The notes under the pieces: generated by a model
The model's database searches: none
Told to the model about the DNA's origin: nothing
The model's input: the letters and a program-made list of their open reading frames with translations, nothing else
Shown here: piece by piece, positions 36,924 through 47,149 of the stretch
Numbering within the stretch: position 1 is the stretch's first letter
Layout: the number at the start of each line of letters is the position of its first letter
NCBI GenBank assembly: GCA_050015075.1
Contig: JBEKCB010000005.1
Location: 32,001 to 96,000 of the forward strand
From: Candidatus Brocadiia bacterium
GTDB lineage: Bacteria; Planctomycetota; Brocadiia; CAIUPP01
Length of the DNA stretch: 64,000 bases
Direction of reading: 5' to 3'
Program-made: the position numbers and the translations under genes

Positions 36924-37790
36924 ATGGCTGAAAGAATGAGAAAAACGAAGACCGACAACAGAATTGGAACACGTGAAGAGTGGCTTGCGGCACGGCTGAA
37001 ACTGCTCGAGGCGGAGAAGGATCTCACGCGCCGCAGCGACGAACTGGCGCGGCGGCGTCAGGAGCTGCCGTGGGTCCGGGTAGACAAGGAGTACCGATTC
37101 GAGACCGATGAAGGGAGCGCCTCGCTGGCAGACCTCTTCAGCGGGCGCTCGCAGCTCCTCGTCTACCACTTCATGTTCGGGCCCGACTACACGGCGGGGT
37201 GTCCGTCCTGCTCGGCGATCGCGGACGGGTTCAACGGGTTCGTCGTCCACCTGGCGAACCACGACGTCATGCTCACGGCGGTGTCGCGGGCGCCTCTCGC
37301 GAAACTGAAGGCGTTCAAGCGGCGGATGGGGTGGAGCTTCCCGTGGGCATCGTCGTTCGGGAGCGACTTCAACTTCGACTACAGCGTCGGGTTCACCGTG
37401 GAACAGCAGCGCGGGGGAGGTGTCGAATACAACTACCGGCGCGAGGCGGCGGAGCGTGTGCCGCTCGCAGGGAAGACCGTTCGAAAGTGGAAGCCGCGCG
37501 GCGGCCAGGGACCCGTCGCGCAGATCGCGGCCATGACCGGAACCGACATGGCCACGTACACGCGCGAGAGGCCGGGCATGAGCGCGTTCCTGCTCAAGCG
37601 CGGCGTCGTCTATCACACCTATTCCACCTATTCGCGCGGACTGGACGTCCTCTGGGGCATGTACCAGTGGCTCGACCGCGCACCCAAGGGGCGCAACGAG
37701 ACGGGCATCTGGTGGCGCCACCACGACGAATACAAGAAGTCTGCTCGAAATACCGGCTCGTGTTGCCACGCGGCGAAGCCGCGCGCGTGA
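36924..37790 (+). CDS. DUF899 family thioredoxin-like protein
   Basis: REEWLAAR..LL..EK, LPWVRVDKEY, LADLFSGRSQLLVYHFMF, CPSCS, LDRAPKGRNE; RBS AAGGAG; promoter TTGACA-16-TAGAAT at 36760-36787. Confidence 0.88.
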   Translation: MAERMRKTKTDNRIGTREEWLAARLKLLEAEKDLTRRSDELARRRQELPWVRVDKEYRFETDEGSASLADLFSGRSQLLVYHFMFGPDYTAGCPSCSAIADGFNGFVVHLANHDVMLTAVSRAPLAKLKAFKRRMGWSFPWASSFGSDFNFDYSVGFTVEQQRGGGVEYNYRREAAERVPLAGKTVRKWKPRGGQGPVAQIAAMTGTDMATYTRERPGMSAFLLKRGVVYHTYSTYSRGLDVLWGMYQWLDRAPKGRNETGIWWRHHDEYKKSARNTGSCCHAAKPRA

Positions 37791-38115
37791 ACACTCGCCA
37801 CGGCCGCCAGACAGCGACGCGGGACCGCGACAACGCTCGTCGGTTCGCGTCGCCCTGGAGCCGTAGTGACGGGTAGTGCGAGGACATAAAACTTATTCTT
37901 TCTGCCTTTTCGTTCGGCGTTGAGGCTTCAACTGGTGCAGGATACGTCTGGCCCTCCAGGACTCAGACCGTCCGGCTCAATAGGCAAACACCGCGACCGC
38001 CGCAGAATCCGCGACGGAAGTGTCCTTGACTCTCCACAAGGCCGCGGATACCGACCTCGCCGCTTCGCGTCTTTGCCGGGTTGACAATCTCCGCCGGCTG
38101 GCTTACGTTGAACGC

Positions 38116-38892
38116 ATGGAACAGCTTCGGAAGCGCAAGGCGTTCATCTGCGATATGGACGGCGTGATCTACCACGGCCGGACTCTGCTGCAGGGCGCGG
38201 CGGAGTTCGTGAACTGGCTTCAGGAGAAGCGCAAGCAGTTCATCTTCCTGACGAATAATTCCTCGCGCTCGCCGAAGCAGTTGCGCGAGAAGATGGCCGG
38301 CCTCGGCCTGCGCGTGGCCGAGCACCACTTCATGACGTCGGCGATCGCGACGGCGAGTTTCCTCAGCGGCCAGTGCCCGAAAGGGCGCGCGTACGTCATC
38401 GGCGATGCGGGGCTGATCGAGGCGCTCGAAGAGGTCGGCTTTTCGCTCGACGACGCGCGGCCGGACTACGTGGTCGTCGGCGAGACGCGCAGCTACAATT
38501 ACGAGAAGATCGAGAGGGCGATCCGGCTGGTGCTCGGCGGCGCGAAGCTGATCGGGACGAATTACGACCTGACCGGCCCGACCGAGCACGGCATCGCGCC
38601 AGCCTGCCGCGCGCTGGTCGCGCCGATCGAGCTGGCGACCGGCCGCAAGGCGTACTACATCGGCAAGCCGAACCCGCTGATCATGCGCGCCTCGCTCAAG
38701 CGCCTGGACGCGCGGCGCGAGGATACGGCGATCATCGGAGACCGCATGGACACCGATATCGTCGCCGGGATCGAGGCGGAGATGGATACCGTGCTCGTCC
38801 TCACCGGCATCACGCGCCGCGAGGACCTGGTGATGTTCCCGTACAAGCCCGGCCACGTGCTCAACCACGTCGGCGAAATCTGCCGGGCGTAG
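38116..38892 (+). CDS. HAD-IIA hydrolase (NagD-like)
   Basis: DMDGVIY, LTNNS, GKPNP, IGDRMDTDI, LVLTG. Confidence 0.92.
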   Translation: MEQLRKRKAFICDMDGVIYHGRTLLQGAAEFVNWLQEKRKQFIFLTNNSSRSPKQLREKMAGLGLRVAEHHFMTSAIATASFLSGQCPKGRAYVIGDAGLIEALEEVGFSLDDARPDYVVVGETRSYNYEKIERAIRLVLGGAKLIGTNYDLTGPTEHGIAPACRALVAPIELATGRKAYYIGKPNPLIMRASLKRLDARREDTAIIGDRMDTDIVAGIEAEMDTVLVLTGITRREDLVMFPYKPGHVLNHVGEICRA

Positions 38893-38940
38893 CGGAGATT
38901 GGCAGCGATGAAGAATGATTGCCGCGCGTCGTACGCGTTG

Positions 38941-39009
38941 TCGTCCTCGTCCTCGCACGGCCGTTCCGAACGACCGAGGACGAGGACGACGACGAGGACG
39001 AGGACGATT
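38941..39009. repeat. GACGAG-periodic palindromic element, family B, copy 2
   Basis: 38974-39009 is identical over 36 nt to 5550-5585; left arm TCGTCCTCGTCCTCG. Confidence 0.85.
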
Positions 39010-39050
39010 GGCAGCGGCTTCGCTGCACCATGTTATTCTGGAAAAGGACA

Positions 39051-40151
39051 ATGATGTCGCCCCATGCCCAAACCGCCGCACGCCGCGCGCGGCTGATCCG
39101 CCTGATCCGGCGCGAGAAGCTCGACGCGCTGCTCGTGACGAACGTGCATAACGTCCGCTATCTCAGCGGGTTCCTCGGCGACGACAGCGCGCTGCTGGTG
39201 ACGCCGGGGCGAACGACTCTGCTGACGGATTCGCGATACGCCGAGCAGGCCGAGGCGGAAACGCGCGGGATCGGCATCGTCGTCCGCAGGAAGGGGATGA
39301 TGTCCGTCGCCGCCGCGGCCGCGCGGAAGGCCGGAGTGCGGACGCTCGGCGTCGAAGGGCGCACGATGACGATGGCCGATGCGGAGGAACTCCGCAAGGC
39401 GCTGCCGCAGGCCGAGGTCAGGCCGACACGCGGGATGGTGGAGCGGCTACGGATCATCAAGGATGCGTCGGAAATCGCCGCGATCTCGCGCGCGGCCGAG
39501 ATCGCCGACGAGGCGTTCCGCCTGACGCTGCCCCAAATCACGCCGGGCCAGACGGAGCGCAGACTGGCCCTGATCCTCGAACGGACGATGCAGGACCTCG
39601 GCGCGGATGAGCCGGCGTTCCCGACGATCGTCGCCGCCGGCGAGCGCAGTTCGCTGCCGCACGCGCGGCCGACCGACCGGCGCATCCGCCGAGGCGAGGC
39701 CGTGCTCTTCGACTGGGGCGCGCGCTGGAGGCTCTATGCTTCGGACTTGACACGCGTGGTTTTCTTGGATAGAATCCAAGACGATTTTCGACGGCGTTAC
39801 CGCCTGGTGCTGGCGGCGCAACGCCGTGCGCTGGCGCGCGTGCGGGTCGGTTGCAGCGCCGGCAAGCTGGACGCAGCGGCGCGGTCGTACTTGAAGGCCC
39901 ACCGGTGCGGCAAATACTTCGGCCATAGCTTGGGGCATGGAGTCGGTCTGGAAGTCCACGAAGCCCCGGGCATTTCACCCGGCCAGGACACTCGGCTGAA
40001 GGCCGGGATGGTCATCACGATAGAGCCGGGCGTCTACGTCCCGGGCCAGGGCGGCGTGCGGATCGAAGACCTTGTGCTCGTGACGCGAAACGGCCGCAGG
40101 ATCCTGACCGCGTCGCCGAAATGGCCGCCGACGGTCTTGCGCGGATCCTGA
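39051..40151 (+). CDS. Xaa-Pro aminopeptidase (M24B)
   Basis: NVRYLSGF, TDSRY, SSLPH, DWGA..YASDLTR, HSLGHGVGLEVHE, TIEPG, GVRIED. Confidence 0.92.
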   Translation: MMSPHAQTAARRARLIRLIRREKLDALLVTNVHNVRYLSGFLGDDSALLVTPGRTTLLTDSRYAEQAEAETRGIGIVVRRKGMMSVAAAAARKAGVRTLGVEGRTMTMADAEELRKALPQAEVRPTRGMVERLRIIKDASEIAAISRAAEIADEAFRLTLPQITPGQTERRLALILERTMQDLGADEPAFPTIVAAGERSSLPHARPTDRRIRRGEAVLFDWGARWRLYASDLTRVVFLDRIQDDFRRRYRLVLAAQRRALARVRVGCSAGKLDAAARSYLKAHRCGKYFGHSLGHGVGLEVHEAPGISPGQDTRLKAGMVITIEPGVYVPGQGGVRIEDLVLVTRNGRRILTASPKWPPTVLRGS

Positions 40152-40185
40152 AACCACTTTTTCAAACTCAGAGAAAAATTGCCCG

Positions 40186-40746
40186 ATGATCTCAACCAAC
40201 GACATGCGTCCGGGACAGGCGATCATCTTCGAAGGCCGAATCTGCCTCATCACCCAATATGACCGCGTGAAGCCGGGCAAAGGCCCCACCTTCGTCCGCG
40301 CCATGCTCAAGGACATCACCACCGGCCAGGCGCTCGACAAAACCTGGCGCGGCGAGCAGAAGGTCGAGCTGGCCATCCTGGAGAAGCGCCCGCACCAGTA
40401 CCTCTACCGCCAGGGCGATGAGTTCCACTTCATGGACATGGAGAGCTACGACCAGGTGGCCCTCGGCCCGGACCAGGTTCCGCCGGAGATCGCGCGGTTC
40501 CTAAGGGAGAACATGGAGGTCGTCGTCACCTTCCACGGCCCGAAGGCGCTGAGCGTCGAGGTCCCGGCTTTCGTGAACCTGAAGGTGACCGAGACCGGGC
40601 CGGGCCTCCGCGGCGACACGGTCAGCGGCGCGAGCAAGCCGGCAACGCTGGAGACGGGCACGGTGATCCAGGTGCCGCTGTTCATCAACACAGGCGACGT
40701 GCTCAAGGTGGATACGCGCACGGGCACGTACGTCACGAGAGCATAG
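40186..40746 (+). CDS. efp: Translation elongation factor P
   Basis: VKPGKG, GDTVS..KPATLETG, VPLFI, DTRTG. Confidence 0.96.
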   Translation: MISTNDMRPGQAIIFEGRICLITQYDRVKPGKGPTFVRAMLKDITTGQALDKTWRGEQKVELAILEKRPHQYLYRQGDEFHFMDMESYDQVALGPDQVPPEIARFLRENMEVVVTFHGPKALSVEVPAFVNLKVTETGPGLRGDTVSGASKPATLETGTVIQVPLFINTGDVLKVDTRTGTYVTRA

Positions 40747-40824
40747 CGGTTCTCAGGGAGCGCAGGCTCCCGGCTGCGGTTGCCGGGAGAGGCTTCCGGT
40801 CTTTTGGAGGCGATGGAACGCGCT

Positions 40825-41286
40825 ATGGACCTTCAAGACGTCATGAAACTGCTCGAGCTCATGGAAGCGCGCCACCTGGAGGAGATCGAGGTCGAGCAAG
40901 GCGAAACGCGCATCCGCCTGAGAAAAGGCGGCGCGCCGCCGGTGGTGGTGCCCATCGCCGCCGCGCCGGCCGCAGCCGCGAACCCGCAAGCCGTTCCAGC
41001 CGCCTCCGACGCCGAGAAGGCCGCAGAGGCGAACCTCGTCAAGATCACTTCGCCGATGGTCGGCACGTTCTACCGCGCGGCCTCGCCCGACGCGGAGCCG
41101 TTCATCAACGAAGGAGACCACGTCACGCCCGACCAGGTCATCTGCATCATCGAGGCCATGAAGGTGATGAACGAGATCAAGGCCGAGAGGGAAGGCGACG
41201 TCGTCAGCATCCTCATCGAGAACGGCGAGTCCGTCGAGTTCGGACAGCCGATGGTGACCATCCGGCGCACCGGCACGGCACGGTAA
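40825..41286 (+). CDS. accB: Acetyl-CoA carboxylase biotin carboxyl carrier protein
   Basis: [19 protein letters not shown] biotinylation motif. Confidence 0.95.
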   Translation: MDLQDVMKLLELMEARHLEEIEVEQGETRIRLRKGGAPPVVVPIAAAPAAAANPQAVPAASDAEKAAEANLVKITSPMVGTFYRAASPDAEPFINEGDHVTPDQVICIIEAMKVMNEIKAEREGDVVSILIENGESVEFGQPMVTIRRTGTAR

Positions 41287-41291
41287 CCTGA

Positions 41292-42647
<1,356 letters not shown>

Positions 42648-42701
42648 CCGCCCGCGCCTGCCGTTAGTCAATCAGCGTTCGGCACTCGCCGTTCCAGTGT
42701 C

Positions 42702-44144
42702 TTAGCCGGCCTGCGGAATCGAAACCTCGAAGCCCAGGTAGCGCTCCAGCGCTTCCTTCAGCGGCGCCATGACGTGCCCGGGCGTCACGCTGGTGTGATG
42801 CCGATGGCCCTCGTACCCGACGTGCAGCAGCACGTCCTGCAGCTTCGGGACCTCCGCCACGCCCGCGCAGCCGAAGAAATCTTTGGGCACCGGGTCCTTC
42901 GTGAAGCGCCCCTCGCCGAGGTAGAACTTCACCTTGCCGGACTCCGTCGTCATGCTCGAGAACGTCATCGGCATCGGCGCGATCCGGCCGACGTTGCAGC
43001 CGAACGAATGCCCCTTGCCGACGGCGTTGCAGATGATCAGGTGATCGGAAATCTTTCCCTTCCCGGCCATCAGCCGCTGGGGCACCGGTCCGCAATGGAA
43101 CAGGATGCACTTATCCTCCGCGTCGCCGTAGTTATTGTTCCAGTCCAGGCATGCGGCCACGTCGCCGGAGGCCTGCTGAAGCGCGTACATGGCCACGGCG
43201 TTGCCGACGTCCACCTCGCACGCGACGGGTATCTCGCGGTCGTTCATCTCGCTGAGCACCACGCACGGGGAAATCTGGAGCTGCTGCTGCATCTCCGACC
43301 AGCAGCGCAGCGCGAGGGCCTGGAGATTGCACTCCGCGGCCAGATTGTCGAGCACAATCCCCAGCCGCACGATCGTGTCGAACGCCTGGTTCGGCACGCC
43401 GCTCCAGTCGCTGTACGACTTCATCTTCGCCGTCTTCTCGCGATAGGCCGCGCCGGCCGGACTCACGGCCCGCACGCGCGCGAAGATGTCCGAGAGGTCG
43501 AACGTCTCGACCGTGATCCCTTTCCGCTGCAGCGCCAGTTCGTCGAAGCGCACGGTCTTGAACGCCGTGGTGCGCGCGCCGACCGCGCCGACCGACATGT
43601 TCTTCATCTTCTTCACCACGCGGCAGACCCGCGCGAAATGGTCCAGTTGCGCGGCGAACGCCTTGCTCTTCGGCGAGACCGTGTGCGGCTTCAATGCCGT
43701 GAACGCGAGTCCGTTCTGATGGAACACGTCCATGATCGAGCACTTCCCGCAGAACGCGTCCCGGCGCAGCGCCGGCGCCATTTTGTCCAGCTCGTCCGGG
43801 TAGGCCTGGATCAGGATCGGCGTCCCGCAGTCCCTCAATGCCTTGATGGCGCCGGTCTCGTCGCCGAAGTTCGGCAGCGAGAGGATGACCCCGTCATACT
43901 TCCCCGCATTCCGCTCGAGGAACTCGGCGTACTTCTCCCCTTCCGCCGGCGTCTCCACCGCGCCATACCGCGTCGCCGATTCCTCCATCATGATCGAGTC
44001 GAAGCCGGCGGCCTTGACCGCCTGCGGCAGCTCACGGCGCGCGCCGGTCATCAGCGACGCCGGGAAAAACGTCCGGTTCCCGAAATACAGCGCAAACGTG
44101 ACTTTCGAATTCGCCTGCCGTGAGCCTGTCGAATGGATGGCCAT
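42702..44144 (-). CDS. L-fucose/L-arabinose isomerase-like protein
   Basis: LPNFGDE, RRDAFCG, RCW, ACEVD, FHCG and HH motifs of the FucI-like family. Confidence 0.7.
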   Translation of the reverse strand: MAIHSTGSRQANSKVTFALYFGNRTFFPASLMTGARRELPQAVKAAGFDSIMMEESATRYGAVETPAEGEKYAEFLERNAGKYDGVILSLPNFGDETGAIKALRDCGTPILIQAYPDELDKMAPALRRDAFCGKCSIMDVFHQNGLAFTALKPHTVSPKSKAFAAQLDHFARVCRVVKKMKNMSVGAVGARTTAFKTVRFDELALQRKGITVETFDLSDIFARVRAVSPAGAAYREKTAKMKSYSDWSGVPNQAFDTIVRLGIVLDNLAAECNLQALALRCWSEMQQQLQISPCVVLSEMNDREIPVACEVDVGNAVAMYALQQASGDVAACLDWNNNYGDAEDKCILFHCGPVPQRLMAGKGKISDHLIICNAVGKGHSFGCNVGRIAPMPMTFSSMTTESGKVKFYLGEGRFTKDPVPKDFFGCAGVAEVPKLQDVLLHVGYEGHRHHTSVTPGHVMAPLKEALERYLGFEVSIPQAG

Positions 44145-44392
44145 GACCGTCCCTCCTTTTCCGAAATAAACCGCGCACCCGCGCCGCAACGCATATCACG
44201 AATACCCGATACCGCGCAGCGTGTCAACTGAGAACCGACACGGTGCAGGCCCCTTTCGAGCCTTGAAAATACATCAGCCATGTGTCACAAGACGCCAGCT
44301 TGTAGCAGGACGCAACACAACTGCTCCCGGTCGCTGCCGGCTGAGACCTTATTGTGGTGCAAACTAGCCGCAAATGATCGAAAGCGGCCGGA

Positions 44393-44407
44393 AGGCACGG
44401 CTTTTGC
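44393..44407 (+). promoter_or_regulatory. Putative sigma54 (-24/-12) promoter of the lipoprotein gene
   Basis: AGGCACGGCTTTTGC = GG-N10-GC, close to the TGGCACG-N4-TTGC consensus. Confidence 0.55.
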
Positions 44408-44494
44408 GACAGGCAATTCGTGGACAGTGATACTGTTCAGGAACAGGGCATCTTTGTCGGTGCACCGCAGGTCAAGCCAACGAAAGGTTGCGCG

Positions 44495-45436
44495 ATGAGA
44501 TGGCAAGGGCTGCTCCTCGGGGCCGTGTTGCTCGCGTGCGCTTCGTGCTCCACCGATCGGTCTCAGCGGAGACCGTATCTCATCCTGGAGAACCTGGATT
44601 ACGCGGCGAAGGATGTGGAAGCCGGCAAAACGGAAGCGGCCGCGCAGCTCTACCAGGTGGTCCTGCTGGCCGACCCGATGAACGAAAAGGCCCGCGCGGG
44701 ACTGGCCGGCATCGGCCAGTATGACCGCTGCATCCTGGAGCCCTCCGTGCTCGGCCTCAACTACGTCTGCCGGCCTTTGCGCAATTCATACGCTCTGTGG
44801 ATCGCGCTGTACCCGGTCAACCGCTTGCTCAGCATCCTCGACATCGTCAGCTTCCACGTCGGCCTGGAGGGCGGCGCGTACGTGGACGCGCACGTGACAC
44901 ATGCCATGCAGGTCGCGGCCGGCGCGGGCGGCGGAATGCAACTGGGCTGGTGGATGAGGCGCGACCTCGCCGTCGGCTCGGCGCATGTCGCAGGGCTGGC
45001 CCTCGGTCCGTTTTCGGCCGAGAGCGAAGGCCTTTCCCGCTTCGGCACCGGCGGCATCCGGAGCAGTGCATTTTCCATCGCCGGGTTGAGCCGGCCGTCG
45101 GACCTCGAATACCAGCGCTACCGCGACTATTGGGGTGTCGGCGTCCGCGCGATCGCCGGCGTCGCCGGCGCGGAGGTGGAATTCCACCCGCTCAAACTCG
45201 TTAATGCGATCACCGGAATCTTCTTCATAGACTTCCTGCGCGAAGACATCGGACACACGCGAGGGCTCGACCTCGCGACCAACGAATTCGAGGCCATGGA
45301 GGATCTGATCAGCACGCTCAGTCCCGAGGAGATGCGCGCCCGAATGGACGGGCGGATGATTGCGCCTCCTCTGCCGCCTCCATCGTCGCCACCTGAGTCG
45401 GCTGAACCGCCCAGCCCGGCGCCCGCGGCGAAATGA
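44495..45436 (+). CDS. Putative lipoprotein, hypothetical
   Basis: MRWQGLLLGAVLLACASC signal/lipobox; short TPR-like helix pair; Gly-rich beta region; Pro-rich tail. Confidence 0.7.
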   Translation: MRWQGLLLGAVLLACASCSTDRSQRRPYLILENLDYAAKDVEAGKTEAAAQLYQVVLLADPMNEKARAGLAGIGQYDRCILEPSVLGLNYVCRPLRNSYALWIALYPVNRLLSILDIVSFHVGLEGGAYVDAHVTHAMQVAAGAGGGMQLGWWMRRDLAVGSAHVAGLALGPFSAESEGLSRFGTGGIRSSAFSIAGLSRPSDLEYQRYRDYWGVGVRAIAGVAGAEVEFHPLKLVNAITGIFFIDFLREDIGHTRGLDLATNEFEAMEDLISTLSPEEMRARMDGRMIAPPLPPPSSPPESAEPPSPAPAAK

Positions 45437-45571
45437 CGCCTCGGACGGGATTATGCGATAACCTGCCCGATAGGCGGCGCTTGTCTGTCCGCGCGCCATC
45501 GCCCTGCGGTTGCAAGCCCTGCTGCGTTTATTCGCGTCGTCCGTGAACTTCGTGGTAAACTCGTTCCTGCC

Positions 45572-47098
45572 ATGACGGATCCCGTCTCAGCCATCATTGA
45601 GTCCAGCGGCCTACTGCGCCCCGGCGAATGCCTGCGGTGCGAGGTCTGCTGCCGGTTCCCCTCGGCGGCCAGCCCGCTCGCGCCGTACTTTTCGCACGCG
45701 GAGATGGAACTGGCTGTCTCGGCCGGCATGCCGGGCGACGCGTTTCCGCCCGGCCGGTATGGCCCAGGGTTCTCCGCGCGGCTTGTGCCGGAAGGACCCG
45801 CCTTCCGCTGTCCGGCGTTCCGGCAGGCGACAAACGACTGCGCCGCCTACGCCGCGCGGCCGCTGGATTGCCGCCTCTACCCGTTCATGCTCCTCTACGA
45901 CGCGGACGGGAAGGAAGTCTTTCTCGGCCTTGATACGTACTGCCCCGCCGTCGAGGGAGCCAGCGCGCCGGGCGTTCACGATGCAGCCGACAAGCTGTCT
46001 TCTCTGCTCGACGGCGCCTGGCTGGAGAAGGTCATCGCCTCGCGCGGCATTGTCGGAGCGTGGAACGACCACGTCCGCCGTCTCAGGCCGCTCCCGGCGC
46101 TGACGCGCGCCTTGTGCCGGACGGACCTGGGCCTGGCGCGGCTCGTGCTCACCGCGCGCGAGCGGCTGCTGCCGTTCTTCGAGGCGCACCGCGGCGCGCA
46201 CTCGTTCCACGCCTTCGCGCCTATCTACATCTGGTCGGACATCTTCGACCTGCACTATAAAATCTCCGTCGAGCGCCTGCTGGTGTTCGCCGAGGAAGAC
46301 GGCGATTGCTTCCTGATCTGCCCTCCACTCGGATCGGGCGACGCGCTCCGTCCCGCCGAGGAGGCGCTGGCGGCGATGCGACAACTGGCCCCGCGCGGCG
46401 CGTCGCCGCGGATCCAGGATGCGGACGACGATTCCGCCCGGCGGCTGCTTGCCCTGAGCACTGTCGAAGGGGCTGGGTGGCGCATCCGCGAGACGCACGT
46501 CGAGTACCTCTATCGGCGCGCAGAACTCGCCGAGTTGCGCGGCAACCGGTACGAGAAGAAGCGCCAGCTCTGCAACCGGTTCGAGCATGACGTGAAAGAC
46601 CGGCGATGGCGGCCGCTGGATGTGGACGACTTGCCTCAGGCGATGGCGCTATATTCCCGCTGGCTGAAGGAGCGCACCGCGGCGCATCCGGACGCGGTCT
46701 ACGCCGCCCAGGCGGAGGCTTCCTGGCGTGCCTTGTATCGCGCGCTGCGCGAGGCAGAGCCGCTGGGACTCGTAGCGCGCGTGCTGGAGGCGGGCGGGAA
46801 AATGGCCGGCTTCACGGTCGGCTGCCCGCTGCACGACGGCGGGCTTGCTCGCCAAAGCCCTGAGCGCAGCCGAAGGGGCGACGGCGGGACCTTCCACGTG
46901 ATGTTCGAGGTCAGCGACCTCTCAATCAAAGGCGCGGCGCAGTACATGTTCCGCGAGTTGTGCCGCGAAGTGCAGTCGTTCGACCGGATCAACGCCGGCA
47001 GCGCATCGGACCTCGACAACCTCGCGCGCGTGAAGGAATCCTATCGCCCCAGCGAGCGGCTGAACTCGCATACGCTCGTTTGGAAGTCGGAAGTATGA
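45572..47098 (+). CDS. YkgJ-type CxxCxxCC domain fused to DUF2156 (aminoacyl-phosphatidylglycerol synthase C-terminal-like) domain
   Basis: CLRCEVCC..C..C..Y..RPLDCRLYPF; EYLYRRAELAELRGNRYEKKRQLCNRF; NLARVKESYRP. Confidence 0.8.
   Translation: MTDPVSAIIESSGLLRPGECLRCEVCCRFPSAASPLAPYFSHAEMELAVSAGMPGDAFPPGRYGPGFSARLVPEGPAFRCPAFRQATNDCAAYAARPLDCRLYPFMLLYDADGKEVFLGLDTYCPAVEGASAPGVHDAADKLSSLLDGAWLEKVIASRGIVGAWNDHVRRLRPLPALTRALCRTDLGLARLVLTARERLLPFFEAHRGAHSFHAFAPIYIWSDIFDLHYKISVERLLVFAEEDGDCFLICPPLGSGDALRPAEEALAAMRQLAPRGASPRIQDADDDSARRLLALSTVEGAGWRIRETHVEYLYRRAELAELRGNRYEKKRQLCNRFEHDVKDRRWRPLDVDDLPQAMALYSRWLKERTAAHPDAVYAAQAEASWRALYRALREAEPLGLVARVLEAGGKMAGFTVGCPLHDGGLARQSPERSRRGDGGTFHVMFEVSDLSIKGAAQYMFRELCREVQSFDRINAGSASDLDNLARVKESYRPSERLNSHTLVWKSEV
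46451..46471. mobile_element. Mini in-frame insertion GCCCTGAGCACTGTCGAAGGG (encodes ALSTVEG)
   Basis: Shares GCCCTGAGC-N5-CGAAGGG with the element at 46857-46877 in the same gene. Confidence 0.55.
46834..46888. mobile_element. 45-bp in-frame insertion with 10-bp direct repeats (encodes LARQSPERSRRGDGG)
   Basis: CGACGGCGGG at 46834-46843 and 46879-46888; core GCCCTGAGCGCAGCCGAAGGG. Confidence 0.65.
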
Positions 47099-47149
47099 GT
47101 GATGAGTGATGAAGTATTTCATCACTCATCACTCTTACTTCTCACCTCC
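47082..47149. repeat. Heptamer-periodic palindromic element, family A, copy 4
   Basis: GAAGTCG GAAGTAT GAGTGAT GAGTGAT GAAGTAT TTC ATCACTC ATCACTC TTACTTC TCACCTC; contains the stops of both convergent genes. Confidence 0.85.

Noticed and set aside
38919-39050. Acidic N-terminal extension (EDEDDDEDEDD) on the M24 peptidase as called in the ORF track
   Set aside because: It is the translated family B repeat; the real start is most likely ATG 39051/39054 after AAGGA.
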